A DNA stretch of 20,000 nucleotides from an uncultured bacterium (GCA_965372715.1 CBDVDH010000001.1:107717-127716); one strand, 5' to 3'; positions 1 through 9,830 are shown, numbered from the stretch's first letter. The notes: generated by a model not told the origin, from the letters alone. Numbers and translations are program-made.

Positions 1-2
1 CA

Positions 3-965
3 GGAGAGGTGCTTTGGCGGGCGCCTCAATTCAAGGAGGGCTTGTTCGTGGCCGAGGTCCCACAGGCCGGTCAGGAGAACCTTGAACTGACCAATGTCGA
101 AGAGGTCAGACAAGGACTTTCCCTTGCCATCCGTGACTTCGTGCTCAAGAATGGCTTCTCGAAGGTGGTTATCGGTCTCTCGGGCGGGATAGATTCGGCG
201 CTGGTGGCAGCGCTCGCGGCAGAATCGCTTGGGCCAGAACAAGTCCTGGGTCTGATCATGCCGAGCGAGGTGTCGCCGCCGGAGAGCGTCCAGGACGCCC
301 AGAAGCTAGCATCGAATTTCGGGATCGAGACCAAGATCATCCCGATAGGGCCGGTTTATGACGCCTACAGCGCCGCGCTGGGCGAGCATTTCAGCGGCAA
401 GGCGCCGGACGTTACGGAGGAGAACCTTCAGGCTCGGATTCGAGGTAACGTCCTGATGGGATTTGCGAATAAGTTCGGATACATGGTACTATGCACGGGT
501 AATCGGTCTGAATCGCTTGTGGGATATGCGACGCTGTATGGGGATATGGCGGGCGGCTTTGCGCCGATTTCGGACGTGCCCAAGACGCTCGTTTATGAGC
601 TTGCGGAGCACGTCAATGCCGAGGCGGGGCGGGAGCTGATACCGCGAAGTGTCATCGCGAAGGAGCCTTCGGCGGAGCTCAGACCGGGTCAGACCGACGC
701 CGAGGCGCTGGGGCCATACGGGTCGCTCGACCCGATACTTGGGGCGTATATTGACGATGGTGCGGCTTTCGAGGGGATGCTCGAGTTTGGCCACGACGAG
801 GAGTCCGCTCGGAACGTTATCTCGCGGTTTCTGAAGAGTGAGTTCAAGCGCTATCAGGCGCCGCCGGGGCCGAGAATCGTCTCGCGGATGCAGGCCAGCG
901 AGCGCAGGATGCCGCTGGTGAAGTCTATCGAGAGCTGGTATCATCGCAAGCTGTGGGAGACGTAG
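3..965 (+). CDS. nadE: NAD+ synthetase, C-terminal synthetase domain (5' truncated by window edge; probably the glutamine-dependent form)
   Basis: Motifs VIGLSGGIDSALVA (PP-loop), ENLQARIRG, TGNRSE, GYATLYGDMAGGFAPISDVPKT, PSAELRPGQTD and EFKRYQAPPG. The frame is open to the window start. Confidence 0.93.
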   Translation, partial: GEVLWRAPQFKEGLFVAEVPQAGQENLELTNVEEVRQGLSLAIRDFVLKNGFSKVVIGLSGGIDSALVAALAAESLGPEQVLGLIMPSEVSPPESVQDAQKLASNFGIETKIIPIGPVYDAYSAALGEHFSGKAPDVTEENLQARIRGNVLMGFANKFGYMVLCTGNRSESLVGYATLYGDMAGGFAPISDVPKTLVYELAEHVNAEAGRELIPRSVIAKEPSAELRPGQTDAEALGPYGSLDPILGAYIDDGAAFEGMLEFGHDEESARNVISRFLKSEFKRYQAPPGPRIVSRMQASERRMPLVKSIESWYHRKLWET

Positions 966-1020
966 GTGGAGCGGGGAGACGACGTCTTTGGGCAACGATG
1001 CTGACGGGAAGGAGAGAGAC

Positions 1021-1551
1021 ATGCAAGAACTGCGTTTGAAGGACAAGGTCATCCGGCTGGTTGAGGGGGATATCACCGAGCAGGAGACTGATGCGATTGT
1101 CAACGCCGCTAACAGCCGTCTTTGGATGGGTGCTGGCGTTGCTGGCGCCATTAAGCGGCGAGGTGGGAAGGAGATCGAGGAGGAGGCGGTCGCAAAGGGG
1201 CCGATCCCCATTGGTGAGGCTGTGGCGACCGGCGCCGGGCGGCTTGCTGCCAAGCATGTCATTCACGCGGCCGGAATGGGTCCTGACCTTTTGACGGACG
1301 CCGCCAAGGTCCGAAGCAGCACCTGGAATTCGCTGCTTCGCGCCCACGAGCTGGGTCTTTCTAGCATTGCGTTTCCGTCGATTGGGACGGGTGTCGGCGG
1401 CTTTTCGATGCGCGAGTGCGCCGAGATAATGCTTGGCGAGGCTAAGAGGTTCTTCAGCGAGCGTGATACGTCGATCGAGGAGGTTCGCTTCGTTCTGTGG
1501 GGCAAGCCGGCGTTCGATACGTTCGTCGAAGTCCTTCAACGGCTCGAATAG
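1021..1551 (+). CDS. Macrodomain (ADP-ribose-binding / O-acetyl-ADP-ribose deacetylase-like) protein
   Basis: Motifs GDITEQETDAIVNAAN, GAGVAGAI, GEAVATGAGRL, VIHAAG and SIAFPSIGTGVGG. GGAAGGAGAG RBS precedes ATG 1021. Confidence 0.92.
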   Translation: MQELRLKDKVIRLVEGDITEQETDAIVNAANSRLWMGAGVAGAIKRRGGKEIEEEAVAKGPIPIGEAVATGAGRLAAKHVIHAAGMGPDLLTDAAKVRSSTWNSLLRAHELGLSSIAFPSIGTGVGGFSMRECAEIMLGEAKRFFSERDTSIEEVRFVLWGKPAFDTFVEVLQRLE

Positions 1552-1558
1552 GCTCGAC

Positions 1559-3652
1559 ATGCGCCTGCCTTGGGGCATCAACCTGCGCGCCAATCTGAGT
1601 CAATGGCCTGACGTGTTTACCAAAAACGGCTCAAGGAACGTTACTATCCTTTTCTGTGTGCTGGCGTTTGGGTGCCTCTTCTGGGCGATGGTTCCTGGGC
1701 CAACCGGCGTTCAGGTTGGGGTGTTCGGGCTGTTCGCTCTCCTGATTGCTCTTGCCTTTTTCAGCATTCCCGCCGCGCTGAGCCTCTTTGCGTTCTTGAT
1801 TCCTCTGTTAGGTATTGTGTCCCGTGTTTGCGGTTCCCCCTGGATTTCGATGCTGGTTTTCGCTTTTCTGGGGCTTGTGTGCGGCGCTGTGCTGAGAGCG
1901 CGCGTATTGGGGCGGGAGCTGAGTGGGTCGCGCATGCCCATGAAGACCTCGCTGCTGGCCTTCGCCGGACTTGTGATCGCGTCCGGCCTGATAACGACGC
2001 TCAGATTTATGAACTTCTTCCCGTTCACAGGCGAGCCGTTTCATGATTGGACCGTCAATTCCACAGGAGTGCTTACAACGGAGGCGGTGAACAACGCTGT
2101 GACGGTGGGCGTGGCCTACGTTTCTGGCATAGCTCTGCTTCTGCTTGTGTACAGTTTGCTCAGCGGCTCATGTGGGAGCCGGCGACTCAGGATTCAGAAG
2201 AACGTTGCCTGGGCGGTCGTGATTGCGGGCCTAGCGGCGAATCTATTTGCGCTGTGGCAAGTAGTCTCAGATAGGCTGCTCGTAATAGGCTTTGTGACGG
2301 GAACATATACCGACTCCAACGCCCTGGGTGTGTGCAACGCACTCATACTCCCATACTCCATTGGGCTCATCTTGGTCTCCTCCGGTCGCTCGCGCGTGTT
2401 TCTCGTCGTCTGCTCGCTTCTGTCCGTCGCAGTGACGGTTTTGGCAAGGTCGAGGGCGGGAGTTGTGGGCGTTATCCTGTTCTTGATGGCTCTTGCGTTG
2501 TGGCTCAGACGTCTTGATCGTGAGAGCGGCCGCCAAAAGGCTGTCCCAAGACGCGCTTTGAGGGCGTTTGCGGCTTTGGGCGCGCTCCTTATCGTCATGC
2601 TCGTGCTGCAAGATGTATCGCATCTGAGCGAGGTCCCCGTGTTTGGCGATGTGCTGCTGATGATCGTAGGGCCGAGCGAAGCTCCCATCAAGCATCTTTT
2701 GCAGCATAGAGTACATCAATGGTCTGAGGCGCTGAGGATGTGCCGAGACTTCCCCTGGACGGGCGTTGGCCTTGGTGCATACATCATCGAGCTGCCCAAT
2801 TACTACTTTCGCAGTGAGGGGAAGCTGTTCATGATCGACACAGCCGGTAGTCTGCCTCTTCAGGTCGCGTCGGAGCTCGGTATTTTGGGCCTCATTCTTG
2901 CACTGATGCTTGCAGTTTTCGTGATGCGTTCAAGCTATCGCTTGCTTTCCACAAAGCCTGAGCCCAGGTTTCAAGCGGAATACAAGCTGTCTGGCTGCAT
3001 ATCGCTCGGAGTTCTCGCGTCTTTGTTCTCGTTGCTGTTTGGGGCGCACGTTCTTTTCTTTGAATACTGTTACCTTCTCGCCATCTCAACGGGAATACTC
3101 CTGGCCTCGAGCGCAATTCTGCTTCCGCAATCGCAGGGGTTTGCCCGGGGGCGGCGCCGTTTGAAACCCGTCTGGCTTCTGGCACCTGTCGTAACCCTAG
3201 TATCCGTGGTTTTCCTCATTGAGTCTCTCGGGGCGCTTTCAATCGAGCAGAGAAGGAGAGATCTGGGTTGGCAGTTCGAGTATGGGTTTTACAGAAAGGA
3301 GACTTGGGACGGGGAGTTCGCCTTCTGGTGGATGCAGAGGGACGCCAGAATGACCATAACTGCAAAGGGAGACGTTCTCGAGTTCGCGCTTTTCTGTGCG
3401 CATCCCGATGCCGACGAGAAGCCCGTCAAGGCCAGTATCTTCATCGACGGGAGCAGAATGACGACTGTCGAACTGACACGCGATCGTTGGAGAGAAGTTC
3501 GTCTTGAGCTGAAGTCCCCAACCGACGGTGAGATCGCGCTAAGAATCTCAGTTGACAGGACCTTCAATCCGTGCGAGCTGGGTATAGGCACTGATGGTCG
3601 CGACTTAGGTGTCGCTATCGCGAAGTTCCGGTGGTCGAATGCCTGCCAGTAG
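1559..3652 (+). CDS. O-antigen ligase (Wzy_C)-like polytopic membrane protein with a C-terminal soluble domain
   Basis: Many TM segments. Motifs GTYTDSNALG, ARSRAG, R..QW..A..M..DFPWTGVGLGAY and LQVASELGILG. The soluble tail ends DGRDLGVAI. ATG 1559 lies 7 nt after the macrodomain stop. Confidence 0.75.
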   Translation: MRLPWGINLRANLSQWPDVFTKNGSRNVTILFCVLAFGCLFWAMVPGPTGVQVGVFGLFALLIALAFFSIPAALSLFAFLIPLLGIVSRVCGSPWISMLVFAFLGLVCGAVLRARVLGRELSGSRMPMKTSLLAFAGLVIASGLITTLRFMNFFPFTGEPFHDWTVNSTGVLTTEAVNNAVTVGVAYVSGIALLLLVYSLLSGSCGSRRLRIQKNVAWAVVIAGLAANLFALWQVVSDRLLVIGFVTGTYTDSNALGVCNALILPYSIGLILVSSGRSRVFLVVCSLLSVAVTVLARSRAGVVGVILFLMALALWLRRLDRESGRQKAVPRRALRAFAALGALLIVMLVLQDVSHLSEVPVFGDVLLMIVGPSEAPIKHLLQHRVHQWSEALRMCRDFPWTGVGLGAYIIELPNYYFRSEGKLFMIDTAGSLPLQVASELGILGLILALMLAVFVMRSSYRLLSTKPEPRFQAEYKLSGCISLGVLASLFSLLFGAHVLFFEYCYLLAISTGILLASSAILLPQSQGFARGRRRLKPVWLLAPVVTLVSVVFLIESLGALSIEQRRRDLGWQFEYGFYRKETWDGEFAFWWMQRDARMTITAKGDVLEFALFCAHPDADEKPVKASIFIDGSRMTTVELTRDRWREVRLELKSPTDGEIALRISVDRTFNPCELGIGTDGRDLGVAIAKFRWSNACQ

Positions 3653-3700
3653 AACTGCCGACAGTCAGCTGCTAACGCAGATTACCGACCCTGGTCGCAT

Positions 3701-3729
3701 TTGACAGGCTCTGGAGCAGTTGCTAATAT
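3701..3729 (+). promoter_or_regulatory. Sigma70-type promoter
   Basis: TTGACA (3701-3706), 17-nt spacer, TAATAT (3724-3729) with extended -10 TG at 3721-3722. Confidence 0.7.
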
Positions 3730-3739
3730 CGAGCGTCCG

Positions 3740-4795
3740 ATGAGCTATCTAAACTCCGTAAGATATACTCGCTTAGCCATCGCCGTGACTGGGGGTTCTC
3801 CGGCGAGGAGTGCGCTCGGAGGCATCCTCTTGGCATTCTTGGCCCTGGTGACCTCAATAGCCTGGGCAGACGTATCAGTCAGAGCCTCCGTGGACAGAGA
3901 CCAGGTGGCGCTGGGCGAGCAGTTTGACCTGGTGGTCATCGTCCACCATTATGAGGGCTATACCGTCAGCGATCCGCAAGTCGGCAAAACGCTCGGCGAT
4001 TTCGTCGTCGTGGCGAGCTCCAAGGAGGAGAAAGAGGACGAGGGAGTAACGCTGGAGTTTCGATATACTCTCGCGGGATTCAAACTCGATAGGGCTACGA
4101 TCGCGTCAATTGAAGTCGGATACATCGACTCGGCGGACCGCCCCGGCAAACTCGCGACTGACCCGATCAACATCACTATTGTAGGAACCGTGCCTCAGGC
4201 CGAGACGGAGATCAAAGGTATCCGGGGGATGGTTGAAATCGAGCCGCGGATGGCGCTGTGGCTCAAGATAGTCATCTGGCTCGGCGCGATTATCCTTGCC
4301 ATAGCGATCGCGTGGTGGCAGCTAAGGAAGAGAAGAACGGTCGGCATCGAGGAGTTGGTGGAGACAACGCCTCCGCCGTCGGTCGTGGCGCTTGCTGCGC
4401 TTCAGAGACTGGCCAATAGCGACCTTCTGTTTCAGAGACGATACAAGGAGTTCTACTTTGCGTTGTCGGAGATCATCCGCAGATTCCTGTCAGGAAGGTT
4501 GAGGTTCTCGGCCGAGGACATGACGACGACGGAGATCGAGTTCGCAATGAGGGATGACCCGATCTCGAGGGAGTTTACTGCCACAACTCAAGAAGTACTG
4601 AGATTCTCGGACATGGTCAAGTTCGCCAAACTTATACCTTCCGACCCGAAAAACGATGAGATCATTGAGAAGGCCAGAAATGCGATCGAATTGGGCCGGG
4701 AACCATTGTTTGAAACGGAGACGGAGCCAATTCCTCAGGTCGGGGATTCATCGAGGGACAGAGAGAAGGGCGGAGGCGTGAGCATTGCCGAGTAA
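3740..4795 (+). CDS. BatD-like / DUF4381-like secreted single-TM protein
   Basis: Signal peptide (AWA/D), BatD-like start VRASVDRDQVALGEQFDL, a central TM, then ALAALQRL..KEFY..LSEIIRRFL..TTTEI..DMVKFAK, typical of Bat/MoxR-cluster proteins. Start is uncertain (3740 or 3785). Confidence 0.6.
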   Translation: MSYLNSVRYTRLAIAVTGGSPARSALGGILLAFLALVTSIAWADVSVRASVDRDQVALGEQFDLVVIVHHYEGYTVSDPQVGKTLGDFVVVASSKEEKEDEGVTLEFRYTLAGFKLDRATIASIEVGYIDSADRPGKLATDPINITIVGTVPQAETEIKGIRGMVEIEPRMALWLKIVIWLGAIILAIAIAWWQLRKRRTVGIEELVETTPPPSVVALAALQRLANSDLLFQRRYKEFYFALSEIIRRFLSGRLRFSAEDMTTTEIEFAMRDDPISREFTATTQEVLRFSDMVKFAKLIPSDPKNDEIIEKARNAIELGREPLFETETEPIPQVGDSSRDREKGGGVSIAE

Positions 4796-6998
4796 GAGAC
4801 TTCGTGTCGCATTTCTGTGGCACTTTCATCAGCCGATCTACAAGGATTTCCTTACCGACGAATACGTTATGCCGTGGGTCAGGCTCCACGCTTTGAAAGA
4901 TTACTACGACATGGGCGCGATTCTAGCGAGCGTTGATGGTGCAAAGGCTACGTTCAACTTCGTCGGCTCGCTTCTTTTGCAGCTGGACGATTACGCCAGC
5001 GGTCGCGCGAATGACCTCTTCCTGCGTCTGACCGCAAAGCCCGCTAGCGCGCTCGACCTCGACGAGCAACGGTTCCTTCTCAATAACTTCTTCTTCGTTA
5101 ACAGCAAGATAATCGCCAGCTATCCGCGATTCTCTGAGCTCCTGGCCAAGCGGCAGACAGCGCTCAGCGCGCGGTCACCCTCATTAGTTTTCAAGAAACA
5201 GGACTTCTTGGACCTTCAAGTGCTGTTCAATCTCGCATGGTGCGGCAATACGCTTCGTCGCGAGGACGAGGTGGTCAGAGCGCTTCAGGCGAAGGGCCGA
5301 GGCTTCACAGAGGACGAGAAACTGGCCCTTCTAGATGCCCAACATGCGTTCCTTTCGCGGGTGACGTCTCTATACACGCGACTCGCCTCAGAGGGTTCGG
5401 TTGAGCTGACGACGACGCCGTTTTACCATCCGATCCTGCCGGTGCTGGCGAACGTTCAGAACGCGCGCGAGTGCTCGCCCGGCGTGCCGTTGCCGGCCAA
5501 GTGGAAGGGCGTGATGAAGGATGCCGTGAGGCAGGCGAGCGACGCGGTGAGACTGTTCGGCGCTCAATTTGATGTGCCGTTGCGAGGAATGTGGCCGGCC
5601 GAAGGCTCCGTAAGCCAAGACACGTGCGGCATATACACCGACCTCGGCATTAAGTGGATTGCCACCGACGAGGCGGTTCTCTCCAACTCGCTGGCGGCCT
5701 GTGGAATGCAGAATCTCCACGAGAATAGGTCGCAGCTCTATGCGCCTCATTTCGTCGAGGCAAACGGCAAGGAGCTTACGGTGTTCTTCAGAGACCACGA
5801 GCTCTCCGACGCGATTGGCTTCGTTTATGCCCCGTGGAACGCCGATGATGCCGTTAAGGACTTCATCACTAAGCTCCGCTGCATACGCGACCTGGTGAAT
5901 CGCAGCAAAGACAGCAAGTTCGATCGGTTCCCACCGGTCGTCTCGGTCATCCTCGACGGCGAAAACGCCTGGCAGTACTACGCGGACAACGGCGAGCCCT
6001 TTCTCCACAACCTCTACACGCGCCTCGTCAAGACGGACTGGCTCGAGCTAGTCACTTTTGGTGATTATGTAGAGGAGTTCGGGGTTGGTCGGAGGCTGTG
6101 CAGGTTTGGGGCCGGCTCCTGGATACGAGGCGATTTCGATGTTTGGATTGGTCATTCCGAGGATAATCAGGCATGGGATTACGTCGCAGCGGCGCGCGAG
6201 GCATTGGTCAAGAACCCTCCTTTGGACCAAAAGGCGAAGAAGCTCGCCTGGCAATCGCTGCTTGCGGCCGAGGGAAGCGACTGGAACTGGTGGTATGGGG
6301 ACGATCACACGTGCGACAACGTTGACCAGTTTGATCGGCTGTTCCGGAAGCACATCGCCAACGTTTTCACGCTCATTGGACGGGAGCCGCCGTTTGACTT
6401 GAGCGTCCCGATCAAGAAGGCCGCCCTGGTATTGTCTGTCCATCAGCCAAGACAACTGCTCCAGCCAGTGATCGACGGCAAGGACACGACGTATTTTGAG
6501 TGGCTTGGAGCAGGTGTTTTTGACCAGCGATCGGCTGGCCGGGGCGCGATGCACCAGGTATCAACCTTGGCCAAGAAGCTCTATTTCGGCTTCGACCTGG
6601 AGAATCTATTCATAAGGGTCGATTTTGCTCAAGATGCTGCCGATCTGCTCGGTCCTGGAGCCGACCGAGAGCTCTTCGTTCAGGTATCGCAGCCCTCGCA
6701 GTTTCGGATCGAGATCGTTATGAATCAGTCTCATCGGGACACTTCCGCCTCCTTGAATGTGCTATCGCAGAAGAATGGTGAATGGGAGTCAGTGACGTCA
6801 CTTAACAGCGTCGCTTTAGGCCGGGTGCTCGAGATGGCCATCCCGTTTCAAATACTCGGCTGCAAACCTCACGATAGGATTAGATTTGCAGTGAAGGTCT
6901 CCAAGAACGGCGACGTCATCGAGAGCATTCCAGAAGGGTCATCTATTGAGACTATTGTGCCGGGGCCGGACTTCGAGCAGGAAGAATGGTGCGTCTAG
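4785..6998 (+). CDS. Glycoside hydrolase family 57 (amylopullulanase/alpha-amylase-like)
   Basis: GH57 conserved regions WHFHQP, TTPFYHPILP, MWPAEGSVS (nucleophile), ILDGENAW (acid/base) and AEGSDWNWW. TTG start follows GGAGG. Confidence 0.9.
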   Translation: MPSKRLRVAFLWHFHQPIYKDFLTDEYVMPWVRLHALKDYYDMGAILASVDGAKATFNFVGSLLLQLDDYASGRANDLFLRLTAKPASALDLDEQRFLLNNFFFVNSKIIASYPRFSELLAKRQTALSARSPSLVFKKQDFLDLQVLFNLAWCGNTLRREDEVVRALQAKGRGFTEDEKLALLDAQHAFLSRVTSLYTRLASEGSVELTTTPFYHPILPVLANVQNARECSPGVPLPAKWKGVMKDAVRQASDAVRLFGAQFDVPLRGMWPAEGSVSQDTCGIYTDLGIKWIATDEAVLSNSLAACGMQNLHENRSQLYAPHFVEANGKELTVFFRDHELSDAIGFVYAPWNADDAVKDFITKLRCIRDLVNRSKDSKFDRFPPVVSVILDGENAWQYYADNGEPFLHNLYTRLVKTDWLELVTFGDYVEEFGVGRRLCRFGAGSWIRGDFDVWIGHSEDNQAWDYVAAAREALVKNPPLDQKAKKLAWQSLLAAEGSDWNWWYGDDHTCDNVDQFDRLFRKHIANVFTLIGREPPFDLSVPIKKAALVLSVHQPRQLLQPVIDGKDTTYFEWLGAGVFDQRSAGRGAMHQVSTLAKKLYFGFDLENLFIRVDFAQDAADLLGPGADRELFVQVSQPSQFRIEIVMNQSHRDTSASLNVLSQKNGEWESVTSLNSVALGRVLEMAIPFQILGCKPHDRIRFAVKVSKNGDVIESIPEGSSIETIVPGPDFEQEEWCV

Positions 6999-7010
6999 CG
7001 GACTTTGCTG

Positions 7011-8462
7011 ATGAGTGAGCGGATCGTCGAGAACTCCGCTCGAATGACTCTGTTACAGGTCTGCGGCATAGTCGCGAACTCTGTCCTTTACTTCATTCTG
7101 GCGAGGATGCTGGGCTCCTCAGACTATGGCGTTGCGAGCTGCACGGTATTCCCGGCGCTTGCGCTGTTGAGAACCGGCGTCTTTGGGGCCCTCATGTTCG
7201 GAACCGCAAAAGTCATAGCGGCCAATCCCGAGGCAATCCGGTCCTGCATCTCAGTCTCGCGAAAGGCATACGCCATCGTCGGGGGCATTCTTGTCGTAGT
7301 GTTCGTCGGGTTTGCCGGTCCGATAGCAGGTCTGCTGCGAGACCCTTCGCTCACGCATTATTTCCGCCTGATGGCACTAGCTGTCCCGCCGGTCGCGGCA
7401 TTCGTTCTATTCCAGGGGACGCTCGTCGGCCTAGAGGACTTCCGCTCGGCTATGCGCCTCGGGATGCTATTCCAGGTTCTCAAGCTCGTCCTGACGGTCG
7501 CGCTGGTGCTCATCGGCGCGAAGGTTTACGGCCTCATCTTCGGGTTCGCGATCTCCTGCGTCATCTCATTGCTCGTCTTTCGCCGCAAGACCCAGCCGAC
7601 CGCAAGAGATAAGGCGATTACACTGCCCTATTACCTATCAACCGTGGCGGGCATTTTCGTCACTTTTGCCATCGCAATCGCTCAAAGATACGTCAATCTA
7701 TGGAACCTGAAGCGAATCGTTTTCGACAACCAGACCGTGGCCTACTACTCAGTCGCCAATCAACTCGCGTCCATGCCCGCTTTGATCTTCACCGGGGTCA
7801 TGGTCGCGCTATGGCCGGCGATCTCGGGACTGGCAAATGCCCCCGACCTCTCGCTCGCAAGGGAGCATCTCAGCAAATCGTTCAAATACACCATGATCGG
7901 TCTGCTCCCCATCTCTGCGCTTCTGGCTGCTTTGCCGAATTACGCCATACGCCTCGCATTCGGCGCCGAATACGCCGCGGCTGCGAGCGTTCTCCCCATC
8001 CTTGTCATAGGCCTCGTTCTCCTGGCTCTCCAATCAGTAATCATGTCGGCGATGCTGGCCCTCGGTAAGGTCAAGAGCACGACCAGCATTATCGGCGGCG
8101 CCACAGTCGCGGCGTTCCTTGTCGGCACGCTGCTCATTCCTAGATTTGGCATTATGGGCGCGGCCGCGACGGAGGTCATGGGCTTTCTAGTTAGCTCGGC
8201 GCTCGTCGCTGTCGTCTCGTGGCGCACGTTCGGTAAGTTCACCTCGCTCGCCGAGGCGGGGAAGATCACAGCCTGTGCCGCCGTCCTATTTCTGACTGTG
8301 CGTGCGTTTGCCTTCCTGGGCTATTGGGTCGCTCCCGTCATCGTCGTCGCGCTCTGCCTCTATCTTCTGACGCTGACGATACTCGGAGTCCTCCCGACCG
8401 ATGGGATAAGGGCCACGCTCTCGCGCATTTGCATCCTCACCGCCCGAAGAGAGACCGAGTAA
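7011..8462 (+). CDS. Oligosaccharide flippase / polysaccharide biosynthesis protein (Wzx-like, MOP superfamily)
   Basis: About 12-14 hydrophobic segments. Motifs LARMLGSSDYG, VAYYSVANQL, FGAEYAAA and LIPRFGIMGAA. Confidence 0.85.
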   Translation: MSERIVENSARMTLLQVCGIVANSVLYFILARMLGSSDYGVASCTVFPALALLRTGVFGALMFGTAKVIAANPEAIRSCISVSRKAYAIVGGILVVVFVGFAGPIAGLLRDPSLTHYFRLMALAVPPVAAFVLFQGTLVGLEDFRSAMRLGMLFQVLKLVLTVALVLIGAKVYGLIFGFAISCVISLLVFRRKTQPTARDKAITLPYYLSTVAGIFVTFAIAIAQRYVNLWNLKRIVFDNQTVAYYSVANQLASMPALIFTGVMVALWPAISGLANAPDLSLAREHLSKSFKYTMIGLLPISALLAALPNYAIRLAFGAEYAAAASVLPILVIGLVLLALQSVIMSAMLALGKVKSTTSIIGGATVAAFLVGTLLIPRFGIMGAAATEVMGFLVSSALVAVVSWRTFGKFTSLAEAGKITACAAVLFLTVRAFAFLGYWVAPVIVVALCLYLLTLTILGVLPTDGIRATLSRICILTARRETE

Positions 8463-8463
8463 A

Positions 8464-8497
8464 GCTGAAGGCGGAAGGATGAATCATTCATTAGAGC
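8464..8497. repeat. Left inverted repeat of the island (8464-8483) overlapping trailer repeat copy 1 (8474-8497)
   Basis: GCTGAAGGCGGAAGGATGAA is the reverse complement of 14215-14234 at 18/20. GAAGGATGAATCATTCATTAGAGC recurs at 9918 and 10473. Confidence 0.75.
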
Positions 8498-8517
8498 GCT
8501 CTTAGCGTCTTCGTGCT

Positions 8518-9714
8518 TCATTTCTCTCCATTGGCGCCATTCATGGCAAGCCTCGGCGACAGGAACGCCAGAATCAGCTCTTTGTGTGCCTGATAGCCCC
8601 GGGGGGTCTTCACAATTAAACCGGCGTCGCAAAGCGAATTGACATCTCTCGCGAGTGTTCTCGCAGTCTTATTGGCATACGCACGAGCGAGCTTTGGACT
8701 GACATCCGGCAACGCAGAAAGCGGGACCGGGTCCCTCAAGGGAGAGAGATCGAGCGCCAAATGCCGCTGTCGTCTTGCCGTCTCAGATCGCTTGTCTCTG
8801 AAGAATTCGTGAACGTAATTCCGCCATGTGACATCCCACTGCTGCTCCCAGATGACCCCTAATTGCAGGCTCAGACCATCCAAGAATCCCCCAATCGCGT
8901 ATCTCATGAACGGCACGACGTCGCCGCCTCTCTTGCTGGCGAGATCTAGCTGCCTGTAGTATTCCGTCCGCGTGAGATTGTAATGATTACTTAAGAGGTG
9001 CGCAGACGCTGCAGGCACCCCGGACGAGATCAGAATCTGGAACTCGAGGAGGCGAGCGGTTCGTCCGTTGCCATCTCCAAAAGGGTGAATCCAGGCGATA
9101 TACAGATGAGCAACAACGGCCTTAAGAATGGCAGTAGCTATCCCACCCAGGCCATCCCTGGGTGAGAAATCAGCGCTGTTGAGCCACTTGCAGACTCTAT
9201 CAAGAAGGTGCTCACCGTCCTCCGCCGGTGCGCCTCGATAACGGCCCACCGTCACACCCTTGGTGCGCAGCTGACCAGGGCGGAGGTCGTCATCTAACTC
9301 AAGGCCGCGAAGCACCATCCTATTCATCTCACAGATCATTCCCGTCGTGATCTCCGAGGTTTGTCCGCTCCCGACAAGTTTGAAGATCTCGTTACCCGCG
9401 TGGATGATGTTGTCAATCTCTTGCCGTAGATACTCCCGCGACGGAGGGAGTTTCAGCTCTCCGGCCAGATGCTGTAGAACCTCCTCCTCACTGAGAGTAT
9501 TTCCCTCGATTGCGGTCGTGGCTAAGACACCCTTCGCCAAATACATTCTGTAGAGCTCCTTGGCGGTATCTGGTCGAAGCGGCACGCGGGCAATGTGCTC
9601 ACATTTGGATTGGCACTCCCCAAGCATTATCCAGAACGTCGCGGGCGCAGACCTGAGATCGGCAGAGAACTTAAGCCAGGGATGTGTCGATAGATATGTC
9701 CTATTTTCTGTCAT
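8518..9714 (-). CDS. Fic family protein (class II-like) with a C-terminal winged-HTH
   Basis: Canonical HPFGDGNGRTAR, inhibitory-type motif TTAIEGN, and C-terminal ARTLARDVNSLCDAGLI. Confidence 0.92.
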   Translation of the reverse strand: MTENRTYLSTHPWLKFSADLRSAPATFWIMLGECQSKCEHIARVPLRPDTAKELYRMYLAKGVLATTAIEGNTLSEEEVLQHLAGELKLPPSREYLRQEIDNIIHAGNEIFKLVGSGQTSEITTGMICEMNRMVLRGLELDDDLRPGQLRTKGVTVGRYRGAPAEDGEHLLDRVCKWLNSADFSPRDGLGGIATAILKAVVAHLYIAWIHPFGDGNGRTARLLEFQILISSGVPAASAHLLSNHYNLTRTEYYRQLDLASKRGGDVVPFMRYAIGGFLDGLSLQLGVIWEQQWDVTWRNYVHEFFRDKRSETARRQRHLALDLSPLRDPVPLSALPDVSPKLARAYANKTARTLARDVNSLCDAGLIVKTPRGYQAHKELILAFLSPRLAMNGANGEK

Positions 9715-9773
9715 CTGACGAGCGCCCCTAAACGCTTTCTAATAGGCATGGTATGATTTTATATCACCTATTC

Positions 9774-9830
9774 TGTCATAAGAATTGTCATACATAATGT
9801 CATAATGACCTGGCCAGATCATTATGTCAA
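9774..9830 (-). promoter_or_regulatory. fic promoter with operator-like repeats
   Basis: Minus-strand TTGACA (9830-9825), 17 nt, CATTAT. TGTCATA occurs three times at a 12-bp period (9774, 9786, 9798). 26-bp near-perfect palindrome at 9801-9826. Confidence 0.6.

Noticed and set aside
489-1593. Long antisense ORFs (489-1262, 925-1593; likewise 5388-6008 and 14724-15551)
   Set aside because: Shadow frames of well-supported genes in GC-rich DNA, with no recognisable motifs.
3701-3739. TTG start at 3701
   Set aside because: The TTG is part of the -35 box TTGACA.
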